Assembly (NCBI GenBank): GCA_963761615.1
Contig: CAVXGU010000003.1
Span: 1,155,238 to 1,219,237, forward strand
DNA from: an uncultured Acidobacteriota bacterium
GTDB taxonomy: Bacteria > Acidobacteriota > Vicinamibacteria > Vicinamibacterales > CAVVIG01
Direction of reading: 5' to 3'
Length of the DNA: 64,000 bases
Shown: positions 47,928 to 57,824 of the stretch, one piece after another
Numbering within the stretch: the first letter of the stretch is position 1
Layout: each line of letters starts with the position of its first letter
Notes under the pieces: model-generated
Database searches by the model: none
Seen by the model: the letters and a program-made list of their open reading frames with translations, nothing else
What the model was told of the DNA's origin: nothing
Program-made: the position numbers and the translations under genes

Positions 47928-48265
47928 ATCGCCTCCTCTGATCAACGACCAACCCACCCGGATCCGCCGGCGTGAGGTCCACGACGCTACCCGCACGGAC
48001 CGGGTCGTGCTGTCCACAAGTGGACACCGAAAGGCCCAAGGCTGGCGCGAAGGGGTGATGGCAGATCGGTCCTGGGCCGACCCGGGATGACGTCAGCTCT
48101 CACGCTCCAAAGGCGTCATCAAGGGCGGGTCCCGGATTGAACAGCGTCGGCGCCGCCGAGCTGTCAGACTGGCATCACGATCAGTTCTGCAAACAACCAC
48201 CGGGCGCCGGTATCCCGGCAAGTCGGTGTGAAGCGGTCGAGCTGAGCGGATGGAAAGACGGGCTC

Positions 48266-48919
48266 ATGACAGCCAAGCGACGCAAATCCTTCGACATCCA
48301 CGCCTTCCTGTCCTCGTCGGGGATTGCGAGAAAGATCGTCCACTACCGGCGGTCCGAGACCATCTTCTCGCAGGGTGAGCCCTGCGAGCACGTCCTCTAC
48401 ATCCAGCAAGGCAGCGTCAAGCTGTCGGTCGTCTCGAAGTCCGGTCGGGAGGCGGTCGTGGCGATGTTGGGCCCCGGAGAGTTCTTCGGCGAAGGGGGCC
48501 TCGCGGGACAGTCCCTTCGCTTGGCCAGCGCGACCGCAGCGGTGGACAGCACGATTCTCCTCGTCGACAAGGACGAGATGATCAAGCTTCTGCACCAGGA
48601 GCGCGCCTTGTCCGACCGGTTCATCACCCACATGCTGTCGCGGAACATCCGGGTCGAGGAGGACTTGATCGACCAGCTGTTCAACTCGAGCGAGAAACGG
48701 CTGGCCCGCACCCTCCTCCTGCTGGCGCGATACGGCAAGCACGACAACCCGGTCCGGCCGGTTCCGTCGATCTCGCAGGAGACGCTGGCGGAAATGATCG
48801 GCACGACGAGATCGCGCGTCAACTTCTTCATGAAGAAGTTCGAGCGGCTCGGATTCATCGAGTACAAGAACGGGCTCAAGGTCAACAGCTCGCTGCTCAC
48901 CGTCGTCCTGCACGACTAG
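48266..48919 (+). CDS. Crp/Fnr-family transcriptional regulator
   Basis: cNMP-binding barrel (LYIQQGSVKLSVVS.SGREAVVAMLGPGEFFGE); C-terminal HTH (SQETLAEMIGTTRSRVNFFMKKF). Confidence 0.9.
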   Translation: MTAKRRKSFDIHAFLSSSGIARKIVHYRRSETIFSQGEPCEHVLYIQQGSVKLSVVSKSGREAVVAMLGPGEFFGEGGLAGQSLRLASATAAVDSTILLVDKDEMIKLLHQERALSDRFITHMLSRNIRVEEDLIDQLFNSSEKRLARTLLLLARYGKHDNPVRPVPSISQETLAEMIGTTRSRVNFFMKKFERLGFIEYKNGLKVNSSLLTVVLHD

Positions 48920-48980
48920 CGCAGCCTCGCGTGTGCAATTCGGAACAGTTCGGACCCGACACTTCTGTTAGAAGAAGGAA

Positions 48981-49157
48981 ATGGCCTCCAATACCGATCA
49001 CACAGAGTTCGAACGGCTCGTCCTTCAAATCGAGCGCGACCTCGTTGCACAGGCGCGGCTCAGAACCTTGCTGACGAGCGCCGATGCCACCGTCGCCGGC
49101 CACCGGCTGGAACTGAAGAGCGTCAAGGCCCGCATCAGCCGCTCCAAGCGCCCGTAA
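48981..49157 (+). CDS. small helical hypothetical protein (58 aa; below the ORF-track cutoff)
   Basis: GAAGGAA before ATG 48981; MASNTDHTEFERLVLQIERDLVAQARLRTLL..; TAA 49155-49157. Confidence 0.4.
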   Translation: MASNTDHTEFERLVLQIERDLVAQARLRTLLTSADATVAGHRLELKSVKARISRSKRP

Positions 49158-49234
49158 GCCATCCCCATCGGCCGAGGATCGCAGGATCGAACGTGGGAGA
49201 TGCGGAGCTCCTCCTGTCGGGCTACGCCGTTACA

Positions 49235-49341
49235 GCGTTTTCGAGATCGATGTCGCCCCGAGATCGGTGTAGCCGCGGACCGTCAGGTCCGCCAATGCGA
49301 AGCCGACCTGAAGGTCGGCCGCTACAGCGAAACGAAAACCG
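49235..49341 (+). repeat. REP/MITE-like intergenic repeat, copy A
   Basis: About 90 percent identical by eye to the reverse complement of 60996-61120. Contains 2 units of GAGATCGNTGTCNCCCC and two hairpins: GCGGACC-gtca-GGTCCGC and GCCGACC-tgaa-GGTCGGC. Confidence 0.8.
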
Positions 49342-49448
49342 CTCGGGGGCCCGGCCCCCGAGCAGTCCGACCACGAACAGCACGACCGCCACGACCGACG
49401 CCTCCGGCTTGCGGCGGCGCCACCGTGAGCGCGATCTGAGAAAAGCAC

Positions 49449-51395
49449 ATGAGCATGAGTATGAAGGCCAGATCGACAACGAGCCGCCACGTGATGAGTG
49501 CCGTGTGCCTCGTGGCACTGGTCAGCGTCACCGCCCCACAGCGTGCGTCCGCCGCCGGTGATGACGACCCGCCGGATCGGGTCGCGCGCCTGAACTACCT
49601 GCGGGGCCCGGTGTCCTTCCAGCCGGCCGGTGAGGTCGACTGGGTGTCGGCGGCGGTCAATCAGCCCGCAACGACGGGCGACCGCCTGTGGACGGACGAT
49701 AGCGGCCGCGCCGAAATGCACACCGGGTCGGCCACGATTCGGATGGGCGCCCGTACCGGCATGTCGTTCCTCAATCTGGACGACCGCACCACGCAGGTCG
49801 AGCTCTGGGAGGGCACGCTCAATATCCGCGTCGTGCGGCTCGACCCGGACGAGGTCTTCGAGGTCGACGCCCCGAATCAGGCTTTTTCCATTCTTCGCCC
49901 CGGCCAGTACCGCATCGAGGCGAGCGAGGACGGAGCGTCGACGATGGTGACCGTGCGGGCGGGCGAGGGCGAAGTGACCGGCGATGGCCAGATCTACCGC
50001 CTGGAGGCCGGCCTGACCGGAACGTTCTCGGGTACCCGGCCGCTCAGGGCGAGCATCGTCAGGTCGGGCGGCGACGACGAGTTCGACTCGTGGAGTCAGA
50101 GCCGGGACCGTCGCGACGACGCCTCGGCGTCGGCGCGGTACGTGTCGCCGTACGTCGTCGGCTACCAGGATCTCGACGATTACGGCTCCTGGCGTACGGA
50201 TGCGACTTACGGCAACGTGTGGACCCCGCGAGTGGCCGCCGGCTGGGCCCCCTATCGTGACGGCCACTGGGCGTGGGTGTCGCCGTGGGGCTGGACCTGG
50301 GTTGACGACGCCCCGTGGGGCTACGCGCCGTTTCACTACGGCCGCTGGGTGCATACCGGGAGCGCCTGGGGCTGGATCCCTGGACCGGTCGCGGTCCGAG
50401 CGGTGTATGCGCCCGCGCTCGTGGTCTTCTTCGGCGGCGCGAAGTTCGGGGTGTCGCTGTCCGCAGGTGCTGGCAACGTCGGGTGGTTTCCGCTCGGCCC
50501 GGGCGAGGTCTATGTGCCCGCCTATCCGAGCAGCCGCGCCTACGTCGAGCGCGTCAACGTCAGCGAGACCAGGGTCAGCGGTGCGGCCATCGCGCAGGTG
50601 TCCGGCAACGGTACCGGCGCGAACCTGCGCTTCGCGAACCGGGACGTACGGGGCGGCGTGACGGTGGTGTCGCGGGGCACGTTTACCGGCGCCCAGCCGG
50701 TGGGCAGAGCCGTCGTTTCGGTCAGCCAACAGGAGATCGCCTCGGGTCCCATCAGTCGGCGGGCGCAGGTGGCTCCGACGAGGGACAGCGTGTTCGGACG
50801 CACGGTCCAGGCGGGCACCCGCGTGGCTCAGCCCCCGGCTGCGGCGGCCAGCCGGGTCGTGGTCGCCCGGACCGCACCGCCCGCCGCGCCGGTGCCATTC
50901 TCGCGACAGCAGCAGAGGCTCGCCGCGCAGCCGGGCCAGCCACTCGCAAGGGGTGACGTCGAGAGCCTGCGGTCCACGAGCGCCACGACGGAGTCACCCC
51001 GCGTGAGGTTGGCTCCGCCCGGGAGGGTCGTGACGCCGGCATCCGGCCAGCGCGGAGTCCGGCCGGCCGACGCGCCGGTAGTGGAGAAGCCTGCCCGGGG
51101 AAATGGAAACGCGCATCAGGCGGCGCCGAACGCACCCGAGACGCGTTCCGATCGACCGGCCAGGGCGAATCGCCCGCAGCCGGCCGGCGCGCCGGCGGAG
51201 AAGCCCGCCCGTGCCGATGCCAGCCCGAACGAACCGGCGACGCCTGCCAGGTCGAACGCCCACCCGCCGCAGGGTCCGGGCGACAAGAAGGCCGAGACGT
51301 CGGCGAAGGACAAGAAGGCCCCGGGGAAGAAGGTCCCGGGGAAGAAGGTTCCGGCAAAGAAGGACGCGAAGGACCAGGGGGATGACAAGAAGTAG
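49449..51395 (+). CDS. secreted FecR-like/DUF6600-like protein with Trp-rich repeats and Pro/Lys-rich tail
   Basis: Signal peptide; FecR-like beta region (GSATIRMGARTGMSFLNLDD..); WAWVSPWGWTWVDDAPWGYAPFHYGRWV repeats; tail ..KKAPGKKVPGKKVPAKKDAKD. Confidence 0.7.
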   Translation: MSMSMKARSTTSRHVMSAVCLVALVSVTAPQRASAAGDDDPPDRVARLNYLRGPVSFQPAGEVDWVSAAVNQPATTGDRLWTDDSGRAEMHTGSATIRMGARTGMSFLNLDDRTTQVELWEGTLNIRVVRLDPDEVFEVDAPNQAFSILRPGQYRIEASEDGASTMVTVRAGEGEVTGDGQIYRLEAGLTGTFSGTRPLRASIVRSGGDDEFDSWSQSRDRRDDASASARYVSPYVVGYQDLDDYGSWRTDATYGNVWTPRVAAGWAPYRDGHWAWVSPWGWTWVDDAPWGYAPFHYGRWVHTGSAWGWIPGPVAVRAVYAPALVVFFGGAKFGVSLSAGAGNVGWFPLGPGEVYVPAYPSSRAYVERVNVSETRVSGAAIAQVSGNGTGANLRFANRDVRGGVTVVSRGTFTGAQPVGRAVVSVSQQEIASGPISRRAQVAPTRDSVFGRTVQAGTRVAQPPAAAASRVVVARTAPPAAPVPFSRQQQRLAAQPGQPLARGDVESLRSTSATTESPRVRLAPPGRVVTPASGQRGVRPADAPVVEKPARGNGNAHQAAPNAPETRSDRPARANRPQPAGAPAEKPARADASPNEPATPARSNAHPPQGPGDKKAETSAKDKKAPGKKVPGKKVPAKKDAKDQGDDKK

Positions 51396-51418
51396 ACCGA
51401 CCGGCGCCGCGTCAGGGC

Positions 51419-52306
51419 ATGGCATTCCGACTTAGGCCCGGGGAGCCGGTCGCCCGGGAATTGTCCCGTGTGGTGGCCGAGGAGTTCGCGGAGGCGATCG
51501 AGGGGCTCGTCCGGCAGGAGGGCGCGGATCGCGCCGAAGCGGTTCACGGCGTCCGCACGTGCGTCAAGAAGACTCGAGCCGTTCTGCACCTGCTCGAGAA
51601 GAACCTGGGGGACGACTACGGCGCGCTCGACGGGCGCCTGAGGCGCATCGCGCACCGATTGTCGCCGCTGCGCGACCTCGACGCCGGCGCGGAGACCGTG
51701 ATCGCGCTTCGCGATCGCTATCCTGGCCTCGTCACGGGCCCCGTCCTTCGCGCGGCCCAGCAGGGGCTGCGCGCCGGCGTCCGCCGCGCCGAGCCCCGGC
51801 TCGATCCCGAGCGGCTGTTCGGGCAACTCGCCCGCGCGCTCGAGCGATCACGCGAGCCGGTGCGACGGGGAATCCGCGGTGCGGCACGCTCGAGCGCCGT
51901 GCGCGTCGGCGTCGCCCGGGGCTATCGACGCGCGCGCCACGCGATGGCCTCCGTCTGCGCGCATCCGGACGATGCGCAGTTCCACAGGTGGCGCCGGCGC
52001 GTCAAGGACCACTGGTACCGGGTACGGCTGATCGAGGGGCTCGCCGATCAGATGCCGCGCCGGATTGGGCGTCTGAAGCAGCTGGAGACCTGCCTTGGCA
52101 CCGACCACGACCTCGTCGTGCTCCGCGAGACCCTGGTGAAGTCGTCCGCGAGATTCGGAGATCCTCGAATGACGGCCGTCGTCCTGGGCTGCATGGCCAC
52201 GTATCAGACGGCGCTGCGGCGGCACGCGCTGAAGCGCGGCCGACGGCTGTTTGCACGCACGGCGCGGGACTTCCGTGCCCGGATGGACGGAAGACCGACT
52301 ACCTAG
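51419..52306 (+). CDS. CHAD domain protein
   Basis: Helical; AVHGVRTCVKKTRAVLHLL, RL.PLRDLD, FHRWRRRVKDHWY: conserved His/Arg pattern of CHAD. Confidence 0.8.
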   Translation: MAFRLRPGEPVARELSRVVAEEFAEAIEGLVRQEGADRAEAVHGVRTCVKKTRAVLHLLEKNLGDDYGALDGRLRRIAHRLSPLRDLDAGAETVIALRDRYPGLVTGPVLRAAQQGLRAGVRRAEPRLDPERLFGQLARALERSREPVRRGIRGAARSSAVRVGVARGYRRARHAMASVCAHPDDAQFHRWRRRVKDHWYRVRLIEGLADQMPRRIGRLKQLETCLGTDHDLVVLRETLVKSSARFGDPRMTAVVLGCMATYQTALRRHALKRGRRLFARTARDFRARMDGRPTT

Positions 52307-53466
52307 AAGACAGGCTGCTTCGAGAGCGGAGCCGCGTGGAATCGACCCACTCCGAGCAGCCACGCCGCGAGGAACGCGAGACCCGCGCCGGCCAGGGTCA
52401 GCAGGGCGCCGGTCTTGAGCTGGAGACGGAGCGGTCCAAGCCCGAACGACGAGGCGGCGAAGAACAGTCCCACGGTGAGTCCGACCGACGCCGCCAACCC
52501 GATGATCAGCAGCTCCTTCCGGCCCACGCGAGGCGTCCGGTGCAGTCCGACGGCAACGGCGACCTCGGCGCCCGCCAGGATGCCGATGGGCCGCCCGATG
52601 ACCGTCGCGATGGGCACCGCCCACATCCCGGGCTCGAGGCCGTGCAGGGGAACCCCGGCGTTGACCAGCCCGAAGAGGAACAGCACGACCTGAACGAGCG
52701 GTGCTGCCCAGCGCTCGAACCGTGACAGCGCATCGCGTGCCTCGGGTGTCGTGTCGATGAACAGTCCGGCGTGACGTCTGGCATGCGGTACGAACGGCAC
52801 GATGAGCACCAGGGCGAGCGCCGGATGCACGCCGCCGAGGAACAGGCCATACCAGGAGAGGCACCCTGGCAGGACGAGATACGGCCAGAAGGAGGCGACG
52901 CCCCGTCGGCGCATGGCGAGCGCCAGTCCCATCGCCAGACCCACAAGCGCCGTTCCCATCGCGAGACGGACGGGGGTGGCCGGATCGAGGGCTGCCAGGA
53001 TCAACAGCCCGATGGCATCCGAGGCGATCGCCAGTACCAGGAGAAACGGCACGGCCGGGTGGCGTCCGAAGATCAGGCGGCCGACCAGGTAGCACGCCGC
53101 CACGTCGATCGCGGAGGTCACGACCCATGCCTGGACGAGCATCGGCTCGGCCAGTTCATGCAGCAACCCGACATAGAGGAGCGCCGGAACGACGACGCCG
53201 CCGACGGCCGCCGCGACGGGCAGCGCCGCCCGCCGCCAGGGATGCAGGTCGCCGCCAGGCAGGGTGGCTTCCACGACCTCCTTCGTCATGATCGCGAAGA
53301 AGAACGCGATGCCGATCTCGTTCACGGGGAAGTCGAGCGCGTGGGAGAAGCGGTAGTAGCTCGCCGCGAAGGTATTGGCCCAGACGAGTGCCCCCGCGCA
53401 GCCGAGCGGCAGCACCAGGAGCGAATCGACGATGAACAGCGGGATGCGAAAGCGCGTGCGATCCAC
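52303..53466 (-). CDS. nhaA: NhaA-fold cation/proton antiporter (variant active-site residues)
   Basis: Aligns by eye along its length with E. coli NhaA (AALPVAAAVGGVVVPALLY, SAIDVA, LVLAIASDAIGLL, IGRPIGIL); the canonical DD is SD here and Lys300 is Arg. Confidence 0.8.
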   Translation of the reverse strand: MDRTRFRIPLFIVDSLLVLPLGCAGALVWANTFAASYYRFSHALDFPVNEIGIAFFFAIMTKEVVEATLPGGDLHPWRRAALPVAAAVGGVVVPALLYVGLLHELAEPMLVQAWVVTSAIDVAACYLVGRLIFGRHPAVPFLLVLAIASDAIGLLILAALDPATPVRLAMGTALVGLAMGLALAMRRRGVASFWPYLVLPGCLSWYGLFLGGVHPALALVLIVPFVPHARRHAGLFIDTTPEARDALSRFERWAAPLVQVVLFLFGLVNAGVPLHGLEPGMWAVPIATVIGRPIGILAGAEVAVAVGLHRTPRVGRKELLIIGLAASVGLTVGLFFAASSFGLGPLRLQLKTGALLTLAGAGLAFLAAWLLGVGRFHAAPLSKQPVF

Positions 53467-53477
53467 GTGCGGTCCTG

Positions 53478-54386
53478 CTACCGTCCCGCGGGCCCGACCA
53501 GGGTCTCGCCCGTGCCCGGTCGCGCCGGGAGGTGAATGGTCCCCGAATCGACGACGAGGCCGGTGCGGCTCACCGCCTGGAACCAGAGCTCGTCGCCGAG
53601 AATTTCCACCAGCATGAAGCTGTTGTCCCGATCGAACCCCGCCGCGGTCATGGCCGACCGCCTGAGGTCGCCCTTCCGCAGTTCCCCCGCGGAACCGGAG
53701 ACGAAGTAGGAGATCCCTTTCTGTGGTCTCAGCCGCTCATAGATGTGGTCGTGACCGGAGAACACGACGTCCACGCCGTAGGTCACAAAGAGCGGCTCCA
53801 GGACGACGCGCAGGTTCAGATCCGATCCATGGGTGGCGCCGTCGGAGTAGAGGGGATGATGGAAATAGACGATCTTCCACGCGTCGGACGAGGCCTTCAA
53901 GGCCCCTTGCAGCCAGGCCTGCTGCTTCGGGTCCAGGTCGTCGCTGTCGAGGACGAAGAACCGGACGTTCCGCTCCGCGAAGGTGTAGTAGCGTTCCCCG
54001 CCCATGTGGAATCCGGGGTAGTTCCGATTGTCCGGGCTGTCGTGATTGCCGAGCGCGGCATAGAAGGTCACGCCGGCATCGAGCAGCCCCCTGTAGGGCT
54101 GCGCGAACTTCTGGTCGAGATCCTTCGCCGTCTGGCCCCCGTAGATGTTGTCGCCCAGCATGATCACCCGGTCGAAGGGGAACGTCACGTGGGAACGCAA
54201 CATCTGGGCGGCGACGTCGAACTGGGAGCGGGCGCCGTCACCCGAGTCGCCGATGACGGCGAACTTCACCGAATCGGCCGCATCGGGCAGCCGCACGTCC
54301 TGTGCCACGGCGATCTGGCCGGTGCTGACAACGGCCAGCACCGCCAGAAGCCGCACGAACGCCCGATAGCTCGCCCGACTGCTCAC
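53478..54386 (-). CDS. secreted calcineurin-like metallophosphoesterase (purple-acid-phosphatase-like)
   Basis: Signal peptide; GDSGDG, GDNIY, GNHD, HHP, SGHDH motifs in canonical order. Confidence 0.85.
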   Translation of the reverse strand: MSSRASYRAFVRLLAVLAVVSTGQIAVAQDVRLPDAADSVKFAVIGDSGDGARSQFDVAAQMLRSHVTFPFDRVIMLGDNIYGGQTAKDLDQKFAQPYRGLLDAGVTFYAALGNHDSPDNRNYPGFHMGGERYYTFAERNVRFFVLDSDDLDPKQQAWLQGALKASSDAWKIVYFHHPLYSDGATHGSDLNLRVVLEPLFVTYGVDVVFSGHDHIYERLRPQKGISYFVSGSAGELRKGDLRRSAMTAAGFDRDNSFMLVEILGDELWFQAVSRTGLVVDSGTIHLPARPGTGETLVGPAGR

Positions 54387-54418
54387 GGTTCAGCGAGCGG
54401 GCTGAAGCCAGCCTGACA

Positions 54419-54841
54419 TTACCGGCAGACTCCCGCGATTCTCTTCATGTGGGTCACGCCCAGGTAGGCAGCGCTCCCCTCGGTCTCGGCGTGCGTGTCG
54501 CCGGTCGGGCCGTCGACCTTCGTGTCGGTCTTCATCTCGACGCTGCCGTTGCCGCGATCGCCGAGCTTTCCGTCGATCTGCACGCGGCGGCCGACGACCT
54601 TGGAAAAGTCTTCCTTGCTCGAGACCAGCGTGTAGGCGTGCATGGGATGGGTCTTGTTGGCGACCTCGGTCAGGACATAGTCGCCGTCCGACCGGGTGGT
54701 CACGCAGCCGGTGACCCTCATGGCCTTCCCGTTCTCGACCGTGATCTTCGTCGTCGTGGTCGTCTGGTTCGCCTGGGCGACGAGCGCCACGGCTCCGGCA
54801 ACTGCAAAGCAACACGTGAGCGTCACACTGGTTTTTGTCAT
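54419..54841 (-). CDS. small secreted protein, unknown function
   Basis: ATG 54841; signal peptide MTKTSVTLTCCFAVAGAVALVAQA; beta-rich 115-aa mature part. Confidence 0.55.
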   Translation of the reverse strand: MTKTSVTLTCCFAVAGAVALVAQANQTTTTTKITVENGKAMRVTGCVTTRSDGDYVLTEVANKTHPMHAYTLVSSKEDFSKVVGRRVQIDGKLGDRGNGSVEMKTDTKVDGPTGDTHAETEGSAAYLGVTHMKRIAGVCR

Positions 54842-54935
54842 GTCGACCAGCCTAGCTGCCCTGTCCCAGATCCCCCTGTCTCCAATTGCACAGCCCGCCT
54901 TCGGCGCGCTCCCTAGAGTGGGATAGACCCAGGAC

Positions 54936-56777
54936 ATGTCTGAAGTCGCGACGCCGCGCTCACGCTCGCCCTCCGGTCGCACGCTGAGGGTCATGGACCT
55001 GGTGCGGCCCTACTGGAAGGCGTTGACGATCGCGCTGGTGGCGGTGCTCGGCGAAACGCTCACGGACATCCTCGAGCCGTGGCCCATCAAGGTCGTCGTC
55101 GACAACATCCTGCAGGGGAAGGCGCTGCCCGCGCGCCTCGGGGCCGCCGTCTCTGGCCTCTTCGGCCGGAACACGTACGCCACCGTCAACTTCGCGGTGG
55201 CGGCCGTGGCGGCGATCGCCGTGGTCGGCGCCCTCAGCGCCTACCTCGAGACGTACCTGACGACGAACGTGAGCCAGTGGGTGGGACACGACCTGAGGCG
55301 GACGCTCTATCACCACATTCAACGCCTGTCCCTCGCGGAACACGACCAGTCGCGAAGCGGCGATTTCATCACGCGGGTGACGAGCGACATCGAGGCGGTG
55401 CAGGACTTCATCAGCTCGGCGCTCCTCGGGATGCTCGTCGACGTGATGACGCTGGTCGGCATGATCGGCGTCATGTTCTATCTCAACTGGCGCTTCACGC
55501 TGATTGCCCTCTCGGTCTCGCCGGTGCTGTTCGTGGTGGTCTACTCCTTCACACGCCGCATCAAGCGGGCATCGCGCGCGGTCCGCCGGAGGGAGGGCGA
55601 CCTCCTGTCCATCGTCTCGGAAGTACTGTCCTCGATTCGCGTCGTGCAGGCCTTTGCCCGGGAAGACTACGAGCAGGCGCGGTTCGAGTCCGAGAGCCTG
55701 GCGAATGTCGAAGCCGGGCTCGAAGCACGCAACATCAAGGCGACCCTGGCGCCTGTGGTCGAGGTGATCGTCGCGATCGGGACCTGCCTCGTGCTCTGGT
55801 TCGGCGCGCGTCTTGCGCTCGCCGGAGAGCTGAGCGCCGGCGTCCTCATCGTCTTTCTGCTGTATCTCGGGAAGATGTACAAGCCCATGCGGGACCTGTC
55901 GAAGATGACCGACACCGTGTCCAAGGCGGCCGTGGGCTACGAGCGCATCCAGGAAGTGCTGGACATCGAGAGCCGCGTGCGGGATCTGCCGGGCGCCAGA
56001 AAGGCTCCCCGACTCGCCGGGCGCATCAGCCTCGACCGTGTGAGCTTCAGCTACGACGCCGGCGGGGAAGTGCTGAAGGACGTCAGCCTCACCATCGAGG
56101 CCGGGCAGGTGGCGGCGATCGTCGGTCCGTCGGGAACCGGAAAGACCACCCTCGCGAGCCTGATCCCCCGCTTCTACGATCCCACGTCCGGATCCGTCTG
56201 CATCGACGGCACGGACGTGCGCCGGTATCGCCTCAAGTCCGTGCGGGACCAGATCAGCTTCGTGCTGCAGGACACGCTCCTGTTCCGCGCCACGATCTGG
56301 GAAAACATCGCCTACGGCAGGCCCGATGCCTCACCCAGGGCCATCAGGCACGCGGCCGAGCTGGCCAACGCGTGCGAGTTCATCGAGGCGATGCCCGACG
56401 GGTACGACACGATGGTCGGCGAGCGTGGCGTCACGCTGTCGGGCGGTCAGCGCCAGCGCATTGCCATCGCCCGCGCGATCATTCGCGAGACGCCCATCCT
56501 GATTCTCGACGAGCCGACCGCGGGCCTGGACGCGGCGGCCGAGCAGTCGGTGATCGCCGCCCTGGACACCCTGATGAAGGGGCGCACCTCGGTCGTCATC
56601 GCCCATCATCTCGGCACGATCCGCCACGCCGACGTCATCTTCGTCATCAAGGGCGCGGTGCTCGTCGAGCGGGGCACCCACGAGGAGCTGCTGGCTCAGA
56701 ACGGGGTGTATGCCGAATTGCACAGAATCCAGACCTCCGAGGGGTCCACAATCGCTCTCCCGCAGCCAGCTGCCTGA
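54936..56777 (+). CDS. ABC exporter, fused permease-ATPase (MsbA/ABCB-like)
   Basis: 6-TM N-half; Walker A GPSGTGKTT; LSGGQRQRIAIARA; ILILDEPTAGLD; H-loop. Confidence 0.9.
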   Translation: MSEVATPRSRSPSGRTLRVMDLVRPYWKALTIALVAVLGETLTDILEPWPIKVVVDNILQGKALPARLGAAVSGLFGRNTYATVNFAVAAVAAIAVVGALSAYLETYLTTNVSQWVGHDLRRTLYHHIQRLSLAEHDQSRSGDFITRVTSDIEAVQDFISSALLGMLVDVMTLVGMIGVMFYLNWRFTLIALSVSPVLFVVVYSFTRRIKRASRAVRRREGDLLSIVSEVLSSIRVVQAFAREDYEQARFESESLANVEAGLEARNIKATLAPVVEVIVAIGTCLVLWFGARLALAGELSAGVLIVFLLYLGKMYKPMRDLSKMTDTVSKAAVGYERIQEVLDIESRVRDLPGARKAPRLAGRISLDRVSFSYDAGGEVLKDVSLTIEAGQVAAIVGPSGTGKTTLASLIPRFYDPTSGSVCIDGTDVRRYRLKSVRDQISFVLQDTLLFRATIWENIAYGRPDASPRAIRHAAELANACEFIEAMPDGYDTMVGERGVTLSGGQRQRIAIARAIIRETPILILDEPTAGLDAAAEQSVIAALDTLMKGRTSVVIAHHLGTIRHADVIFVIKGAVLVERGTHEELLAQNGVYAELHRIQTSEGSTIALPQPAA

Positions 56778-56813
56778 TTCAAGGCCGTCGCTGCCGAAGA
56801 AGGGTGCAGAGCC

Positions 56814-57824
56814 ATGTTCCGACTAGCCAGGCGCCTGTCCGTCGCCCTGATCGTGGTGGTGGCCCTGTCCATGCCCTTCAGTGCGCAGAAGAAGGGCCGT
56901 ACGGGTACACGCGAGGCGGACGCCAAGGCATCGGCCGCGATCTGGAGCGACCCGGGCAGCGTCGCTTCCCTCGATCTGATTTACGGTGTCGGCGGGAAGA
57001 CGCATGCGCCCGATCCAGGCGGCACGTACACCTTCGTCAAGGAGGACATGGCCGGCACCAGTCCCAAGTTCGAGATTCGGGACGCGCAGGGCGTTCGGTG
57101 GAAGGTGAAGCTCGGCGCGGAGCCCGGGTCGGAGACCGCGGCCACGCGCTTTCTGTGGGCGGCCGGCTACTTCGTGGACGAAGACTATTACCTGGCGTCG
57201 CTCAAGGTGACGGGGATGCCGACCCTGCAACGGGGCGGGAAGTTCGTCCTCGCGGACGGGACTGTCCGCCGGGCCCGGCTGGAGCGCGACCTGCCCGGCC
57301 TGAAAAAGGAAGGCGGGTGGAACTGGTTCGCCAATCCGTTCACCGGCACGCGCGAGCTGAACGGCCTGCGGATCATGATGTCGCTGGTGAACGACTGGGA
57401 CCTGAGCGAGGCGAACAACTCGATCGACCAGACGGACGGCCAGCGCCGCTACGTCGTGTCCGACCTGGGCGCCAGCTTCGGCAACACCGGAAACAGCCTC
57501 ACGCGATCCAAGGGCGAGCCGAGGGACTATGCGGGCTCGACCTTCATCGATGACGCGTCCGGTCCGGCGATCGACTTCGTGATGCACAGCCGGCCGTTCT
57601 TCCTGGGCGTCGTCAACGTCAACAACTATCGCGACCGGACGCGGATGGAGCGGGTGGCCAAGCACATTCCGCGCGCCGACGCGCAGTGGCTCGGGCGGCG
57701 GCTCTCGCAGCTGTCCGACGAGCAGATCCGCGACGGGTTCCGCGCGGGGGGCTACGCGGGCGGTGACCTCGAGACGTACACGCAGACCATGCGGAAGCGG
57801 ATCGCCGAACTGGGTGCGCTGTGA
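56814..57824 (+). CDS. signal-peptide-bearing protein with protein-kinase-like motif order (function unknown)
   Basis: Signal peptide MFRLARRLSVALIVVVALSMPFSAQ. Then GVRWKVKLG (beta3-Lys-like), SETAATR (alphaC-Glu-like), LVNDWDLSEANN (catalytic-loop-like D....N), VVSDLGASFG (DFG-like). 4-nt overlap with the PLD gene. Confidence 0.6.
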   Translation: MFRLARRLSVALIVVVALSMPFSAQKKGRTGTREADAKASAAIWSDPGSVASLDLIYGVGGKTHAPDPGGTYTFVKEDMAGTSPKFEIRDAQGVRWKVKLGAEPGSETAATRFLWAAGYFVDEDYYLASLKVTGMPTLQRGGKFVLADGTVRRARLERDLPGLKKEGGWNWFANPFTGTRELNGLRIMMSLVNDWDLSEANNSIDQTDGQRRYVVSDLGASFGNTGNSLTRSKGEPRDYAGSTFIDDASGPAIDFVMHSRPFFLGVVNVNNYRDRTRMERVAKHIPRADAQWLGRRLSQLSDEQIRDGFRAGGYAGGDLETYTQTMRKRIAELGAL

